Shown here in pieces: positions 1-9,875 of a DNA stretch of 60,069 nucleotides. The DNA comes from an uncultured Methanosarcinales archaeon (lineage in GTDB: Archaea; Nanobdellota; Nanobdellia; Woesearchaeales; GW2011-AR9), in NCBI GenBank assembly GCA_964527395.1, contig CAZGQD010000007.1, positions 8,654-68,722 of the forward strand. Reading direction: 5' to 3'. The notes below the pieces were generated by a model. It made no database searches, was not told where the DNA came from, and saw only the letters and a program-made list of their open reading frames with translations. The position numbers and the translations under genes were made by a program. Within the stretch, counting starts at the first letter, position 1, and each line of letters starts with the position of its first letter.

Positions 1-48
1 TATGAATGGATATGCTCAATTAGCAAGTTTATGATTTTCTTCTCTGTT

Positions 49-64
49 GAGTTCGCATAATGTT
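49..64 (+). repeat. GAGTTCGCATAATGTT motif copy 1 (dif/XerC half-site-like)
   Basis: Identical 16-mer also at 1282-1297, 1817-1832 and 15268-15283. This copy overlaps the ATG of ORF 60..554. Confidence 0.85.
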
Positions 65-554
65 GTTGATTGTTTTTATTGTTGCAGTTGTAGGTTTAGT
101 TATGATGTTCACAGGTGGTTCTTCTAGTGGAGTTTCAGATTCTAGCGATGATGGAGCAATTGCAGGAATGGCGGTAGCAGGAGGATATTCTGGAGCAAAA
201 GGTCCTGGTGCTAGTTATTATGCATCAAATGCAGGCACTGAGGCTTCTGAATCTAGTGATGATGAAGATCTATGTTTAGATGATTGTCTTGGAGTTGCTT
301 CTGCTGCAAGAGACGAATGTTATAGTTATGCAAATGCATTGGTAGATGAATGTCAAGAGATGGTAAATGATCTTGAATCGGCTGGAATGGAGAAAGAAGC
401 AGAAGAAACTGCAGAAAATTGTAATGATAGAGTAGATGATTGGAAAGCAAATTGTGATGCCAAATATAGCAGTAATTTAGACAATTGTTGGTCTAAATGC
501 ATCACTAATGAGGATGAAGGTGACACTGGTTGGCTTGATTGGTTAATTGAATAG
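60..554 (+). CDS. Membrane-anchored acidic Cys-rich protein, possibly 5'-truncated
   Basis: N-terminal hydrophobic stretch and eight Cys with mirror spacing 3-10-10-22-10-10-3. An in-frame TGA at 48-50 prevents upstream extension. Confidence 0.75.
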   Translation: MLLIVFIVAVVGLVMMFTGGSSSGVSDSSDDGAIAGMAVAGGYSGAKGPGASYYASNAGTEASESSDDEDLCLDDCLGVASAARDECYSYANALVDECQEMVNDLESAGMEKEAEETAENCNDRVDDWKANCDAKYSSNLDNCWSKCITNEDEGDTGWLDWLIE

Positions 555-600
555 TTAACTTTTTAAATTATTTTTCTTTTTATTCTTTGGTGATTAATTA

Positions 601-1221
601 ATGAATATGAAAAAGAAAGTTACTTTTGTTCTTCTTGCTTTGTTAGTTTTTTTGTTTTTAGTGTCTTGTCAGGAAGGAATCGTGAATATTGATGAAGAAA
701 GTATTGATTCTGGAGAAACAGTTGATATGGGAACAGAAGTGGGAGCAGTTGATTCTCAAGTTGTTGTTGATGAAGAAATAGAACCAGTTGCAGAGCCTGT
801 AGAAGAAGATGAATGTACTGTTAATTCTGATTGTGGTGACTATAAACTTTGCTTAGAAGGTGTTTGTGGGACAATTAATGATGTATATGATACACACAGT
901 ACATGTGATTCAATGTGTAACTTTAATAATGTGCTTGTAAAAACAAGTGATGGTGACGAATTTACCTTGTCTCGAGGCCAAGGAAGTTACACTGGGGCAG
1001 GTTCAATTGAATGGAAATTGCTTTCTAGTGCAGAGTATTGTCTTGGAGAAGGTGCTACACCAGTTGCAATTGAGTTAACAATGAAAAATTATGGTGAAGT
1101 TGTGCAGGAAGAAGTTATTATCTTAAATCTGGGTGAAGAAAGTAAAGTAATTACTCACCCACAAATTGAAAGAATTCAGTTTACACTTGTTGTAGAAAGC
1201 TATGATGAAACTTGTTCTTAA
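601..1221 (+). CDS. Putative lipoprotein with Cys-rich repeat
   Basis: Basic N-terminus, hydrophobic core, LVSC lipobox-like site, CTVNSDCGDYKLCLEGVC motif, acidic linker. Confidence 0.7.
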   Translation: MNMKKKVTFVLLALLVFLFLVSCQEGIVNIDEESIDSGETVDMGTEVGAVDSQVVVDEEIEPVAEPVEEDECTVNSDCGDYKLCLEGVCGTINDVYDTHSTCDSMCNFNNVLVKTSDGDEFTLSRGQGSYTGAGSIEWKLLSSAEYCLGEGATPVAIELTMKNYGEVVQEEVIILNLGEESKVITHPQIERIQFTLVVESYDETCS

Positions 1222-1281
1222 GCGATTTTTTATTTTTTTTGTTTCTTCAACTTTTATGAGCTTAATGTGATTTTCTCAGTT

Positions 1282-1297
1282 GAGTTCGCATAATGTT
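1282..1297 (+). repeat. GAGTTCGCATAATGTT motif copy 2
   Basis: Exact match. Followed by TTTGCGAA, which partly restores an inverted arm (TTCGCA...TGCGAA). Confidence 0.85.
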
Positions 1298-1311
1298 TTT
1301 GCGAAAAGTTT

Positions 1312-1755
1312 ATGAATGACTATTTGTTGTTTTTTGTAGAGGTGTTTATTTTGACAGATATGTATAGTGGTGTTGCAATTAAGGATGAAATCAAAAGTGG
1401 AAAAGTTATTCTTCATGGTACATTAGTAAAACAAGGTTCTTTTAAAGGAGCAATGCATCCACACAATGTTTTGTTTGTTTTTGAAGACAATTACAAAATT
1501 AGAAATGCTTTAGTTCAAAAAAAGAAGTATTTAGTTACTTTTGGTGAAAGGCATGCAAGACGTAGTAAATACAAGTTCAGAGGAAGAATTGACAAAGATG
1601 TTGAAGTTCCAAAAAGGAAAAAAGATCATATGGTGATTACTGTTGCTAGAAGTCATTTGCTTGAAATTATTTCATTAGATGATATGTTTAGATATGACAA
1701 ATTTTTGAAAAAGTATCTTGTTCGAGGAGCACTGGTTTCAATCAGATTCTTTTGA
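1312..1755 (+). CDS. Hypothetical basic protein (start may be ATG 1360)
   Basis: 147-aa ORF between motif copies 2 and 3, followed by a T-rich tract. No recognisable motif. Confidence 0.6.
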   Translation: MNDYLLFFVEVFILTDMYSGVAIKDEIKSGKVILHGTLVKQGSFKGAMHPHNVLFVFEDNYKIRNALVQKKKYLVTFGERHARRSKYKFRGRIDKDVEVPKRKKDHMVITVARSHLLEIISLDDMFRYDKFLKKYLVRGALVSIRFF

Positions 1756-1816
1756 ATTTTTTTCTTTTGTTCTATTTATATTAGTTAAAAAGGACAAATT
1801 CATTATTTTCTCAATT

Positions 1817-1832
1817 GAGTTCGCATAATGTT
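1817..1832 (+). repeat. GAGTTCGCATAATGTT motif copy 3
   Basis: Exact match. Preceded by ATTTTCTCAATT, similar to copy 2 (ATTTTCTCAGTT), and followed by an (AG)n tract. Confidence 0.85.
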
Positions 1833-1893
1833 TGAGACATAGAGAGAGAGAGAAGTTTGTTTTAGATAATGAAATCTATAATTAATTGTTAGT

Positions 1894-1941
1894 TCGTAGT
1901 ATACTGCGAGATTTTGTTGATTATTTCGGAATATACTGCGA
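1894..1941. promoter_or_regulatory. Two imperfect palindromes (consensus TCGCAGTATACTGCGA) upstream of the ATPase TATA box
   Basis: TCGTAGTATACTGCGA at 1894-1909 and TCGGAATATACTGCGA at 1926-1941; TATTTAAA at 1944-1951. Confidence 0.5.
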
Positions 1942-1975
1942 TATATTTAAATAGAACAGTGTTTTTTGTGATTAC

Positions 1976-3283
1976 ATGTTTAAAGAGATAATATATGACC
2001 AAAATGAACATTGGAAGGGTGAATTATATCAAACTGGTGTTAAAAGAAGCCAATTTGAGAAGATAGAACGTTTGTTAAAGCTAGATCAAGTGATAACCAT
2101 AACAGGAGTTAGAAGATGTGGTAAGTCTTTTTTGCTTAAGCAAACAATAAATCATTTAATTTCAAAAGGTGTGAGTGCAAGTAATATTTTCTTTTTGAAT
2201 TTAGAAGTTCCTGATTTGGTTTTGACTAAGAGAAATTCGAAAACTTTGCAAGATCTGTTTGATATTTATTTGAAAGAGAAAGACCCTGATGGACAGATTT
2301 ATGTGTTTTTAGATGAGATACAGTTTTTTGAAGAGTGGGAAGTATTTATTAAATCAGAATACGACAAAAGAAAAGGGAAAATTAAATTTTTTATTACAGG
2401 ATCTAATAGAATGTTGCTATCAAATAAATTTGCAACCATGCTTTCTGGAAGAGTTATAGAATTAGTTTTGTTTCCTTTTAGTTTTAAGGAATTTTTGTTT
2501 AGTGAATCATATTTTGATTTTTCTAAACAAGGGTTAGTTCATAATAGAAACAAGTTATTAAAGCACTTTGAAGATTATATGATATTAGGTGGTTTTCCTG
2601 AATTGTTGAAAATCGATGAAGATGATGAGAAATCAAAGCAAGAATTGTTGCAAAGTTACTTTAAAACTATTGTGTTTAAGGATTTGGTGCCCATTTTTAA
2701 TATCAGAGATACAAAATCCATAGAAAGTGTTGGTTTGTACTTAAATTCAAATGTGTCTAAACTTTTTAGTTATAAGAAAATTGCAAATGTGATTGGAATA
2801 AATGACAAAACAGTTAAAGAATTTTTTGAAGCTTTAGAAAAAGTGTTCTTGTTTTTTGAACTAAGAAAATATGATCGTTCACTGCAAAAACAGTTAAGGA
2901 ATGCAAAAAAAGCATATTCTATTGATACTGGACTTGCTTGGAACTTAGGTTTTCGCTTCTCCTCTGATGTTACTAGATTGCTTGAGAATTTAGTGTTTAT
3001 TGAACTAAAAAGAAGAGAATTAGATGTTTATTATCATGCTTGTAAAGGAGAGTGTGATTTTGTTATTAAAGAAGGTTTGGAAATTAGTTCTGCTATTCAA
3101 GTTTGTTACAAAATTACTCCTGAGAACAAAAAAAGAGAGATAAATGGGCTTGTTGAAGCTATGAAAAGATATGAATTGAAAGAAGGCTTGATTTTGACCT
3201 TAAATGAAGAAGAAGAGACCGTAGTTAAAGATGATTTGAAGATTAATGTTTTGCCTGTTTGGAAATGGTTATTGGTTGATTGA
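1976..3283 (+). CDS. AAA+ ATPase, AAA_14/DUF4143 type
   Basis: Walker A GVRRCGKS, Walker B VFLDEIQ, ITGS, LSGR, GGFPE, DTGL, LLEN and C-terminal ECDFV...AIQV. Confidence 0.9.
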   Translation: MFKEIIYDQNEHWKGELYQTGVKRSQFEKIERLLKLDQVITITGVRRCGKSFLLKQTINHLISKGVSASNIFFLNLEVPDLVLTKRNSKTLQDLFDIYLKEKDPDGQIYVFLDEIQFFEEWEVFIKSEYDKRKGKIKFFITGSNRMLLSNKFATMLSGRVIELVLFPFSFKEFLFSESYFDFSKQGLVHNRNKLLKHFEDYMILGGFPELLKIDEDDEKSKQELLQSYFKTIVFKDLVPIFNIRDTKSIESVGLYLNSNVSKLFSYKKIANVIGINDKTVKEFFEALEKVFLFFELRKYDRSLQKQLRNAKKAYSIDTGLAWNLGFRFSSDVTRLLENLVFIELKRRELDVYYHACKGECDFVIKEGLEISSAIQVCYKITPENKKREINGLVEAMKRYELKEGLILTLNEEEETVVKDDLKINVLPVWKWLLVD

Positions 3284-3337
3284 GAAGTATAATTAATAAA
3301 AATTAGATTTTTAAACTGTTTTGAAAATTTTGGCATA

Positions 3338-3889
3338 ATGAGAGAAAAAACTGTTAATTACAGTGAACTTAAAGGAGTTGGATTAGTTGAGAGGATGCTT
3401 TTTGATAATTATATGGAAATGTTCGATATCACTGTTGAAAAGTCATTACCTTATGTTTCTTTAGCAGCGCCAGTTATGTTTGGTTTCATGTATTCTAGTG
3501 GCGATGTAGGAGGAATTTTTGAAGAATTTTCAACAAAAAATCTAGCAAATGCATTTATTTTCAGTTCGACATCAATAATTGGTTTGAAAGATCCATTAGA
3601 GGAATACATTTACAATGGTCTTTCTGTTTTTTCTAGAAAATATGGGTACGAATTTGATGAATTAATGAGGACTGTATCTCCTGGATACCGTGATGAAGTA
3701 CAATGGCAAAAATTTTCTCCAAGATCAAAGTTTTTTTTATTAACAAAGCTACATAAGGGCAAAGCATTAGGATTAGTTGCTTTTATAGCAGCATTCTACA
3801 TAGGAACACAGTTACACATGAATATTAATAGAAGTAATTCTAGTTATCTTGGGATTGAAACTGTTGTAGAAAGTGATTTTTTTGAATAG
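3338..3889 (+). CDS. Hypothetical protein with possible C-terminal membrane helix
   Basis: 183-aa ATG ORF; hydrophobic ALGLVAFIAAFYIG segment. Confidence 0.6.
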   Translation: MREKTVNYSELKGVGLVERMLFDNYMEMFDITVEKSLPYVSLAAPVMFGFMYSSGDVGGIFEEFSTKNLANAFIFSSTSIIGLKDPLEEYIYNGLSVFSRKYGYEFDELMRTVSPGYRDEVQWQKFSPRSKFFLLTKLHKGKALGLVAFIAAFYIGTQLHMNINRSNSSYLGIETVVESDFFE

Positions 3890-3945
3890 AGTTGTTTTGT
3901 TCTTAGAAAGCTTTATATCTTCGTTTTCAGGGTTTTTTTGTTATA

Positions 3946-4647
3946 ATGATTAATGATGTGACTAAAGGTAAATTCATTGTTCTTGATGGTGGAGATGGCT
4001 CTGGAAAAGGCACGCAGCTTAAGTTGCTTTTTGATAAACTTGTTTCTGAAGGAATTAAGGTGAAAGTTGCTGATTTTCCGCAGTATGGGAAATGGTCAGC
4101 AGTGTTTGTTGAAAAGTATCTACGTGGTGAATTTGGTGGCCTAGAATCAATTGGAGCAAAGAAAGGATCGCTGTTTTATGCAATGGATAGATATGCAGCC
4201 AGTTTTGATATACGAAAATGGTTAGATGAAGGTTTTGTGGTGCTATCTAACAGATATGTTTCTGCAAATAAAGGACACCAATTGGGAAAGATTAGTGATG
4301 ATTCTCAGAAAAAGGAGTTTTTAGATTGGTTAAATGAGATGGAATATTCTATCTTAGAGATACCTAAACCAGATCTGACTTTGTTTTTGCATATGCCAGC
4401 TGCGATTGGACAGAAATTAGTTGATAAAAAAGGACACCGTGATTATGTCGGTGGAGAAAAGAGAGATATCCATGAAGCTGATATTGAGCACTTGGAGAAT
4501 GCTGAAAAAGCTTTTTTGTATTGTTTGGAACATGATTCTGTTGAAAATTGGGTCCGGATTGAATGTAGCGATAGTGAAAAACCAGATACTATTGAGTCTA
4601 TACAAGAGAAAATTTATGTGAAAGTAAAGGAATTGCTTGAGAATTGA
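3946..4647 (+). CDS. tmk: Thymidylate kinase
   Basis: FIVLDGGDGSGKGTQ P-loop, (M)DRY, NRYVSAN, KPDLTLFL. Confidence 0.9.
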   Translation: MINDVTKGKFIVLDGGDGSGKGTQLKLLFDKLVSEGIKVKVADFPQYGKWSAVFVEKYLRGEFGGLESIGAKKGSLFYAMDRYAASFDIRKWLDEGFVVLSNRYVSANKGHQLGKISDDSQKKEFLDWLNEMEYSILEIPKPDLTLFLHMPAAIGQKLVDKKGHRDYVGGEKRDIHEADIEHLENAEKAFLYCLEHDSVENWVRIECSDSEKPDTIESIQEKIYVKVKELLEN

Positions 4648-4748
4648 AGGGTTTTTTTTAGAATTTGAGCATTTTTTTTACTAGTTTATTGTTGTTATTT
4701 CTGATTTGTGACAAATTATTTATAAATAAATGGCTTTTTGAGCTAGTT

Positions 4749-5729
4749 ATGACCCTCACCACCATACTAGATGGAGTTATGCCTGTTCAGAGTGCAGCTA
4801 TTCCAAAAAATAGAATGATTTCTAAATCTGAGCGTTTGTTGGGAATTTTAAGAGGTGTTGTAAATGGTGATTTGAGGGAAAGAACACTATATTCTTTAGA
4901 TTTTACAGCAATTCCATCTTGGAAAGTCCATTTTTTATTACTCAATGCAGAAGGGTTTGATGAACACTTTGTTTCTAATGAAGCAAGAGAAGCTTTTTTT
5001 GATGAATACCATCCTGGACCAACAGCAGATAGACAGATGATTACTTCTAATTTAGGAGTTGACTTGCTTGATGGAAGATCAAATAATATTGGAAATGTTC
5101 TTACACAAGTTGAAGCTATTGCAAATGAATCTAATCGTGATGAAGACGTAATGCAAAGAGTTTCTGAGATTGTAAATGATTATTTTTCTATTGGAATCAT
5201 GGGATATTTGATGTTAAGAGAAGAAGAATGGGAAGGGCTAGGTAGAGATGATTCTGCCCTTGATTATGCCGTAAGAGCTGTAGAATACAATTCTTTGTTA
5301 GGGATGGCTGAAGGCTTCTTTAATGATTGTAAAGAATTAGGAGTTGAATTTGCACCTTTAACTAGAACAGATTGGAGATATTTGCAAGAAAGGTTTGAAA
5401 GTACTTCAATAAAAGATGTTCGAGAACTTGGATCAAAAGCAGTTGATCAAGCAATTGAAACTTATTTATCTTTGAATTGTATAAGAATGAAAAAAGGTTT
5501 TAAAGTAGATTATGAGGCTTTTGTTGGAGACATAGTGCTTGTTGAGAAATTTGCTTCAGATTTAGGACTTTCTATGATGCCTAAATTAGAATGGATAAAA
5601 AAAGATGTTTCATTGAAGATGAGAAGAGAAATTGGTAGTTCAGCTTATATGCAATTATATCAGCAAAAGAAAAGAGAGTTAGAGTTGCCAAAATTAGTTG
5701 CTGGCGTTAATTATCAGGAAGTTGCATGA
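4749..5729 (+). CDS. Hypothetical alpha-helical protein
   Basis: Long ORF (track start 4665 is TTG; ATG 4749 follows a TTTATAAA box). No motif recognised. Confidence 0.6.
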   Translation: MTLTTILDGVMPVQSAAIPKNRMISKSERLLGILRGVVNGDLRERTLYSLDFTAIPSWKVHFLLLNAEGFDEHFVSNEAREAFFDEYHPGPTADRQMITSNLGVDLLDGRSNNIGNVLTQVEAIANESNRDEDVMQRVSEIVNDYFSIGIMGYLMLREEEWEGLGRDDSALDYAVRAVEYNSLLGMAEGFFNDCKELGVEFAPLTRTDWRYLQERFESTSIKDVRELGSKAVDQAIETYLSLNCIRMKKGFKVDYEAFVGDIVLVEKFASDLGLSMMPKLEWIKKDVSLKMRREIGSSAYMQLYQQKKRELELPKLVAGVNYQEVA

Positions 5730-5785
5730 TTTTTGTTGAATTTTCATAAACAACATTTCAAATTGATTCTATAAATTAGTACTTG

Positions 5786-7417
5786 TTAAAATTCTAATGG
5801 GAATTGCATACATAATCTTTTTACTTGAGCTGCAATCTGCTGGATCTCTGGATCTAACCTTGTTGCTTCGTTGAATTCTTTGAACTTCAGATCTTTATAT
5901 TTTTCACTGATGTTCATTACTTGGTTGATCCATTGAGCAATACTTTGCATTTCTTGTTCTTTCATGCCCCTTGTAGTAATCCAAGGAGTTCCTAGTCTAA
6001 GGCCGCTTGGGTTCATAGGACTCCTTGTTTCTTGTGGAATAGTATTATAATTTGAAACAATGCCAGCATGGTCAAGAGCTCTTGCGAATTTTCTTCCTAT
6101 AACTGCTTTGTTTGTAAGGTCAATTAAGATTAAATGTTTGTCTGTTCCGCCAGAGACAATGTTAAAATTGAACTTTTGTAGTTCGTTGGCAAGGAATTGA
6201 GCGTTTTTTACTGTTTGAAATTGATCTTGTTTGAATTTATCTGTCATTGCTTCTTTTAAACCAGCTGCAATACCAGCAATACAATGATTGAATGGGCCAC
6301 CTAACAAGCCTGGAAGTACTGCTTTATTGATCTTCTTGATTAATTCTTCTTTGGCAAAGATTAGTGCTCCTCTCCCAGATCTTAATGTCTTATGAGTTGT
6401 TAGAGTTACAACGTCAGCAATACCTACTGGGCTTGGATTTGCTCCTGCACTGATTAACCCTGCTTCATGTGCGATGTCTGCTAGGTAGTAAGCTCCTACT
6501 TTGTTCGCGATTTGTCTCATTCTCTTGTAATTAATGTTTCTAGGATAAGCTGTACCGCCAGTAATGATTAGTTTTGGCTTTTGTAGAGTGGCAATTCTTT
6601 CAATTTCATCATAATCGAATTGTTTTGTTTCAGGATTGGTTTTGTATGAGACACTATTGAAAATCTTTGAGGAGATGTTAACTTTGTTTGATCCACCGTA
6701 GTAAACTGACTTTTTTGGATCTGCTGGTTTTTTAGGAGTGTAAGACCAACCGTGTGAAAGATGTCCTCCGTCTGGAAGATACATACCCATAATATAATCT
6801 CCTATTTGTAATAAGGCTAAGTACACTGCTAAGTTTGCTGTTGAGCCCGATAATGCTTGAACGTTTACAGACCAGTCTTCTGGTAGATTGAAAGCTTGTT
6901 TTGCTCTATTTATTGCTAATTGTTCAATTTGATCAATGTATTTGTTACCCTCATAGTATCTTCTTTTTACATTACCTTCAGAATATTTGTGAGCTAAGAT
7001 TGATCCTGTTGCTTGTCTTACAGCTGTTGAGAAGAAGTTTTCACTTGGGATCATAGAAAGTTTGTTTTGTTGTCTTTGTTTTTCTTGCTGGATAAGGTTG
7101 TATAGTTCAGGATCTTGAGTTTCTAGATTGTTTTTATTTGTGTTTTGGATACTTGAATTTGTTTGGATATTTATTGATTCTTGTTGTTTTTGATTTACTT
7201 GATTAAATTCGCTACTTTGGATTGCTGTGGCAGTTTGAGCCATTTGACTTACTACTTGTTCTTGATTAATTTGTGTTGGTTGAGAAACTTGTGCTTGCAT
7301 ATGTATCTGATTAGTTTGAAATTGTTGTGCTTGATTAGAATGTGGATTATGTTCTTGATTTAGCTGAGTAGCTGCATCTTTTTGAGCTTGTGCACTTTTG
7401 ATTGCTTCTTGGAACAT
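5786..7417 (-). CDS. glyA: Serine hydroxymethyltransferase with Gln-rich N-terminal extension
   Basis: IPSEN, KYSEG...RYYEG, VQALSGSTAN, GGHLSHG, ADIAH, TTHKTLR (PLP Lys), SGLRLGTP. Confidence 0.95.
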   Translation of the reverse strand: MFQEAIKSAQAQKDAATQLNQEHNPHSNQAQQFQTNQIHMQAQVSQPTQINQEQVVSQMAQTATAIQSSEFNQVNQKQQESINIQTNSSIQNTNKNNLETQDPELYNLIQQEKQRQQNKLSMIPSENFFSTAVRQATGSILAHKYSEGNVKRRYYEGNKYIDQIEQLAINRAKQAFNLPEDWSVNVQALSGSTANLAVYLALLQIGDYIMGMYLPDGGHLSHGWSYTPKKPADPKKSVYYGGSNKVNISSKIFNSVSYKTNPETKQFDYDEIERIATLQKPKLIITGGTAYPRNINYKRMRQIANKVGAYYLADIAHEAGLISAGANPSPVGIADVVTLTTHKTLRSGRGALIFAKEELIKKINKAVLPGLLGGPFNHCIAGIAAGLKEAMTDKFKQDQFQTVKNAQFLANELQKFNFNIVSGGTDKHLILIDLTNKAVIGRKFARALDHAGIVSNYNTIPQETRSPMNPSGLRLGTPWITTRGMKEQEMQSIAQWINQVMNISEKYKDLKFKEFNEATRLDPEIQQIAAQVKRLCMQFPLEF

Positions 7418-7441
7418 AATTTGCTATTTGCTCCTTTTTGT

Positions 7442-7864
7442 TTATAAGGATTGTTGGTGCTTAGAGGTTGCTTTTTGCTTGTTTAATTCTAAAAGATCCC
7501 ATTTATTACCATATAAGTCTTTGAAAACTGCAACAATACCATAATCTTCTATTCTTGGCTGCTCTAAGAAATTTATTTTGTTATTTTTTAATGTTTGATA
7601 ATCCTTTTGGAAATTGTTTGTTTGTAAAAATAAGAACACTCTGCCTCCAGTTTGATTGCCTATGAATTGTTTTTGTTCTTCATTTGCTGCTTTTGCTAAT
7701 AAAAGGCTTGTTGAATACTTATTTGGTGAGACTAAAACCCAACGTTTGCGTTCAGAGATCTTTGTGTCTTCAATTAGAGTGAAGCCAAGCTTTTTTGTGT
7801 AATAATCTATTGCTTCATCATAGTCTCTAACTAAAACTGTTACGTAGGCTATAGATTTTGACAT
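7442..7864 (-). CDS. VOC/glyoxalase family protein
   Basis: VTVLVRDYDEAIDYYTKKLGF, RWVLV, YGIVAVFKDLYGNKWDL. Confidence 0.9.
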   Translation of the reverse strand: MSKSIAYVTVLVRDYDEAIDYYTKKLGFTLIEDTKISERKRWVLVSPNKYSTSLLLAKAANEEQKQFIGNQTGGRVFLFLQTNNFQKDYQTLKNNKINFLEQPRIEDYGIVAVFKDLYGNKWDLLELNKQKATSKHQQSL

Positions 7865-7929
7865 TTGTATGAAATTTTGTTGATAGGATTTATAAAGCTG
7901 TCTTTATTATTATTATTTTTTCATTAGAT

Positions 7930-8628
7930 TTATCTTTTGCCTTCTTCAATAGAACTTTTTAGTAAACTTATTGGGACTTTATAATTATCATCTCTATGTT
8001 CTGGGTCGAATGTGGCTGAACCTGCTACAAAAAGGTTTGCACCTCCCCTAGAAGCTTGATATGCTGAAGACTGACTAGATTCACCATGTTTATAATGAAT
8101 ACCACCATCTACTTCTATATCTAAATCAGGAAATCTGTCTCTTAGATAACGTATATCTTCCAAAACTCCAGGAATGAATTTTTGGTTACCAAAACCTGGA
8201 TTTACTGTCATAAGTAATACATAATCAGCAACTTCTTCAAAGATATAATCTGCTATTGCTCTTGGGTTTGTGCCTGGATTTAATGCAACACCAGCATTAA
8301 CACCTTTTTTTTTAATTCCATTTAAAATGCCATCCAAATGCGAAGTTGTTTCACAATGTACGGAAAGATAATCAAGTCCAGTATCACAATAAGCACCAAC
8401 CCACTTATCTGGATTACTAATCATAAGATGGCCATCTAATGGGAGATCCGTAGCCTTTCTTATTTGTCTAATAAGGGGCAATCCGAAAGTTAAATTATCT
8501 ACAAAGTGACCGTCCATTACGTCCAAGTGAATCCCATCTGCGCCGCCTTGTTCAAGTCTTTCAATCTCAGAACGTAGATCTAAAAAATTTGCAGATAATA
8601 AAGATGGAAATAATTTTCTTTCAAGCAT
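7930..8628 (-). CDS. rpe: Ribulose-phosphate 3-epimerase (copy 1)
   Basis: PSLLSANF, HLDVMDGHFVDNLTFG, DGHLMI, LMTVNPGFG, IEVDGGI. Confidence 0.95.
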   Translation of the reverse strand: MLERKLFPSLLSANFLDLRSEIERLEQGGADGIHLDVMDGHFVDNLTFGLPLIRQIRKATDLPLDGHLMISNPDKWVGAYCDTGLDYLSVHCETTSHLDGILNGIKKKGVNAGVALNPGTNPRAIADYIFEEVADYVLLMTVNPGFGNQKFIPGVLEDIRYLRDRFPDLDIEVDGGIHYKHGESSQSSAYQASRGGANLFVAGSATFDPEHRDDNYKVPISLLKSSIEEGKR

Positions 8629-8650
8629 TTTTATACCTCTTGTGTTGTTG

Positions 8651-9748
8651 TTACCTGACTCTTCTTTGGGAGACTAGCTTCTTTAGGTCGCTTCCGCTGC
8701 CTTGTTGCCAATGACTCGGTCTGTTACCGTCACCTTCTAAATTGTCCCAAAAGTATTCATGGTTGTAGTAATACCAAACCTGTCTTACAGGGAACTGGTG
8801 GTATTTGAAATAAGTATAAGGAATGTCGCTTGCTCTTGTAACTGTGTCTGTTGATTCATCGTAGTAAGCACCTGCAGTTGCATCAATCACAAACCATTGG
8901 TCGTCATCTTCATCATAATATTCTACCCAAGCGTGGCCACCAACTGTACCATCAAAATCAACTAGGCCTAAAGTTACTCTTACGTTTTCAGAATCTATGC
9001 CTGAAGCAATCATTAAGGATGCCAAAGTGTTTGCTTGTTCACTACAGTCACTTGCATAATCACCAGGGCTTGGGTTAGTACTCATACTCGGAGTCTCTGT
9101 GAGGAACTCTTCAGGGTAGAACCAATACTCTACTTGGCCATTTAGAACTTCTTCTGAGACCCAAATCCAAGTTAGGGCTTCATCATAGATTGATTGTAAA
9201 TCGTTTGCTGTTTGTTCTTCTAAGTCTTGTACAGCATCGGTGTCAGGTTGAACATAAGATTGGTATGATGAAAGGATAGTAATATCACCAGGATCTTGCT
9301 GCTGTTCTTCTGCACGTTTGTTTTTTAAGTATTCTTTTAGATCTTCAATATCACTTACATCTGCGTTATCTAAGGATTTTTGGAACTTTCGGTCTCTGAT
9401 CTTTTGAGTTGTTTCGTCTTCTAGAGATTTTTCAATGTTTTCAAGTAATGTTTCTAGTTGGTTTTCATTTACAAACCTAAGCATACATTCGTTATCTCTT
9501 ACGCTTTTTATTTCTGGTACTGGTATTGTTATTTGATACACATCAAACTTTTCTGCGTCTACCTTTAGAACTGGCTCATAGTTACTTAAGTCCAATGCAT
9601 CACAAGAGTCTTGGACTTGTACATAGATTGTTTGTTCACCCTTAGTAGCTTTTTGGCTAACTGGATCTGGGCTGCATGCAGTAATCAATAGAATGATTAG
9701 TGTAAATGATAGAATTGTGAATAGTGGTTTTAGACGTTTTATGGCCAT
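8651..9748 (-). CDS. Lipoprotein with transglutaminase-like (papain-fold) domain
   Basis: LITAC lipobox; catalytic-type Cys (SDCSEQA), His (GHAWVE) and Asp (IDAT). Confidence 0.8.
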   Translation of the reverse strand: MAIKRLKPLFTILSFTLIILLITACSPDPVSQKATKGEQTIYVQVQDSCDALDLSNYEPVLKVDAEKFDVYQITIPVPEIKSVRDNECMLRFVNENQLETLLENIEKSLEDETTQKIRDRKFQKSLDNADVSDIEDLKEYLKNKRAEEQQQDPGDITILSSYQSYVQPDTDAVQDLEEQTANDLQSIYDEALTWIWVSEEVLNGQVEYWFYPEEFLTETPSMSTNPSPGDYASDCSEQANTLASLMIASGIDSENVRVTLGLVDFDGTVGGHAWVEYYDEDDDQWFVIDATAGAYYDESTDTVTRASDIPYTYFKYHQFPVRQVWYYYNHEYFWDNLEGDGNRPSHWQQGSGSDLKKLVSQRRVR

Positions 9749-9875
9749 GTTTCTTTGTTTGTTGGTTTTTGCTTAAAAAACTTTTGTACTTTGAGTTATT
9801 TTGTGTTTGTTTTGTGATAGTTATTTTAGAGTTGCTAAATCATTTTAACTGAAAATTGAGCAAAAATATATTTAT

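Noticed and set aside
49-1832. Three spaced repeats as a CRISPR array
   Set aside because: The repeat is only 16 bp, the intervals are 535-1233 bp and contain whole genes, and no cas genes are present.
4705-4717. ATTTGTGACAAAT palindrome (similar TGTGACACA near 29270) as a shared operator
   Set aside because: Short, AT-rich and only two loose instances.
9783-9801. Possible third, degenerate folA tail copy left of GNAT1
   Set aside because: The similarity (TTTGTACTTTGAGTTATT) needs several gaps in T-rich DNA and cannot be supported.
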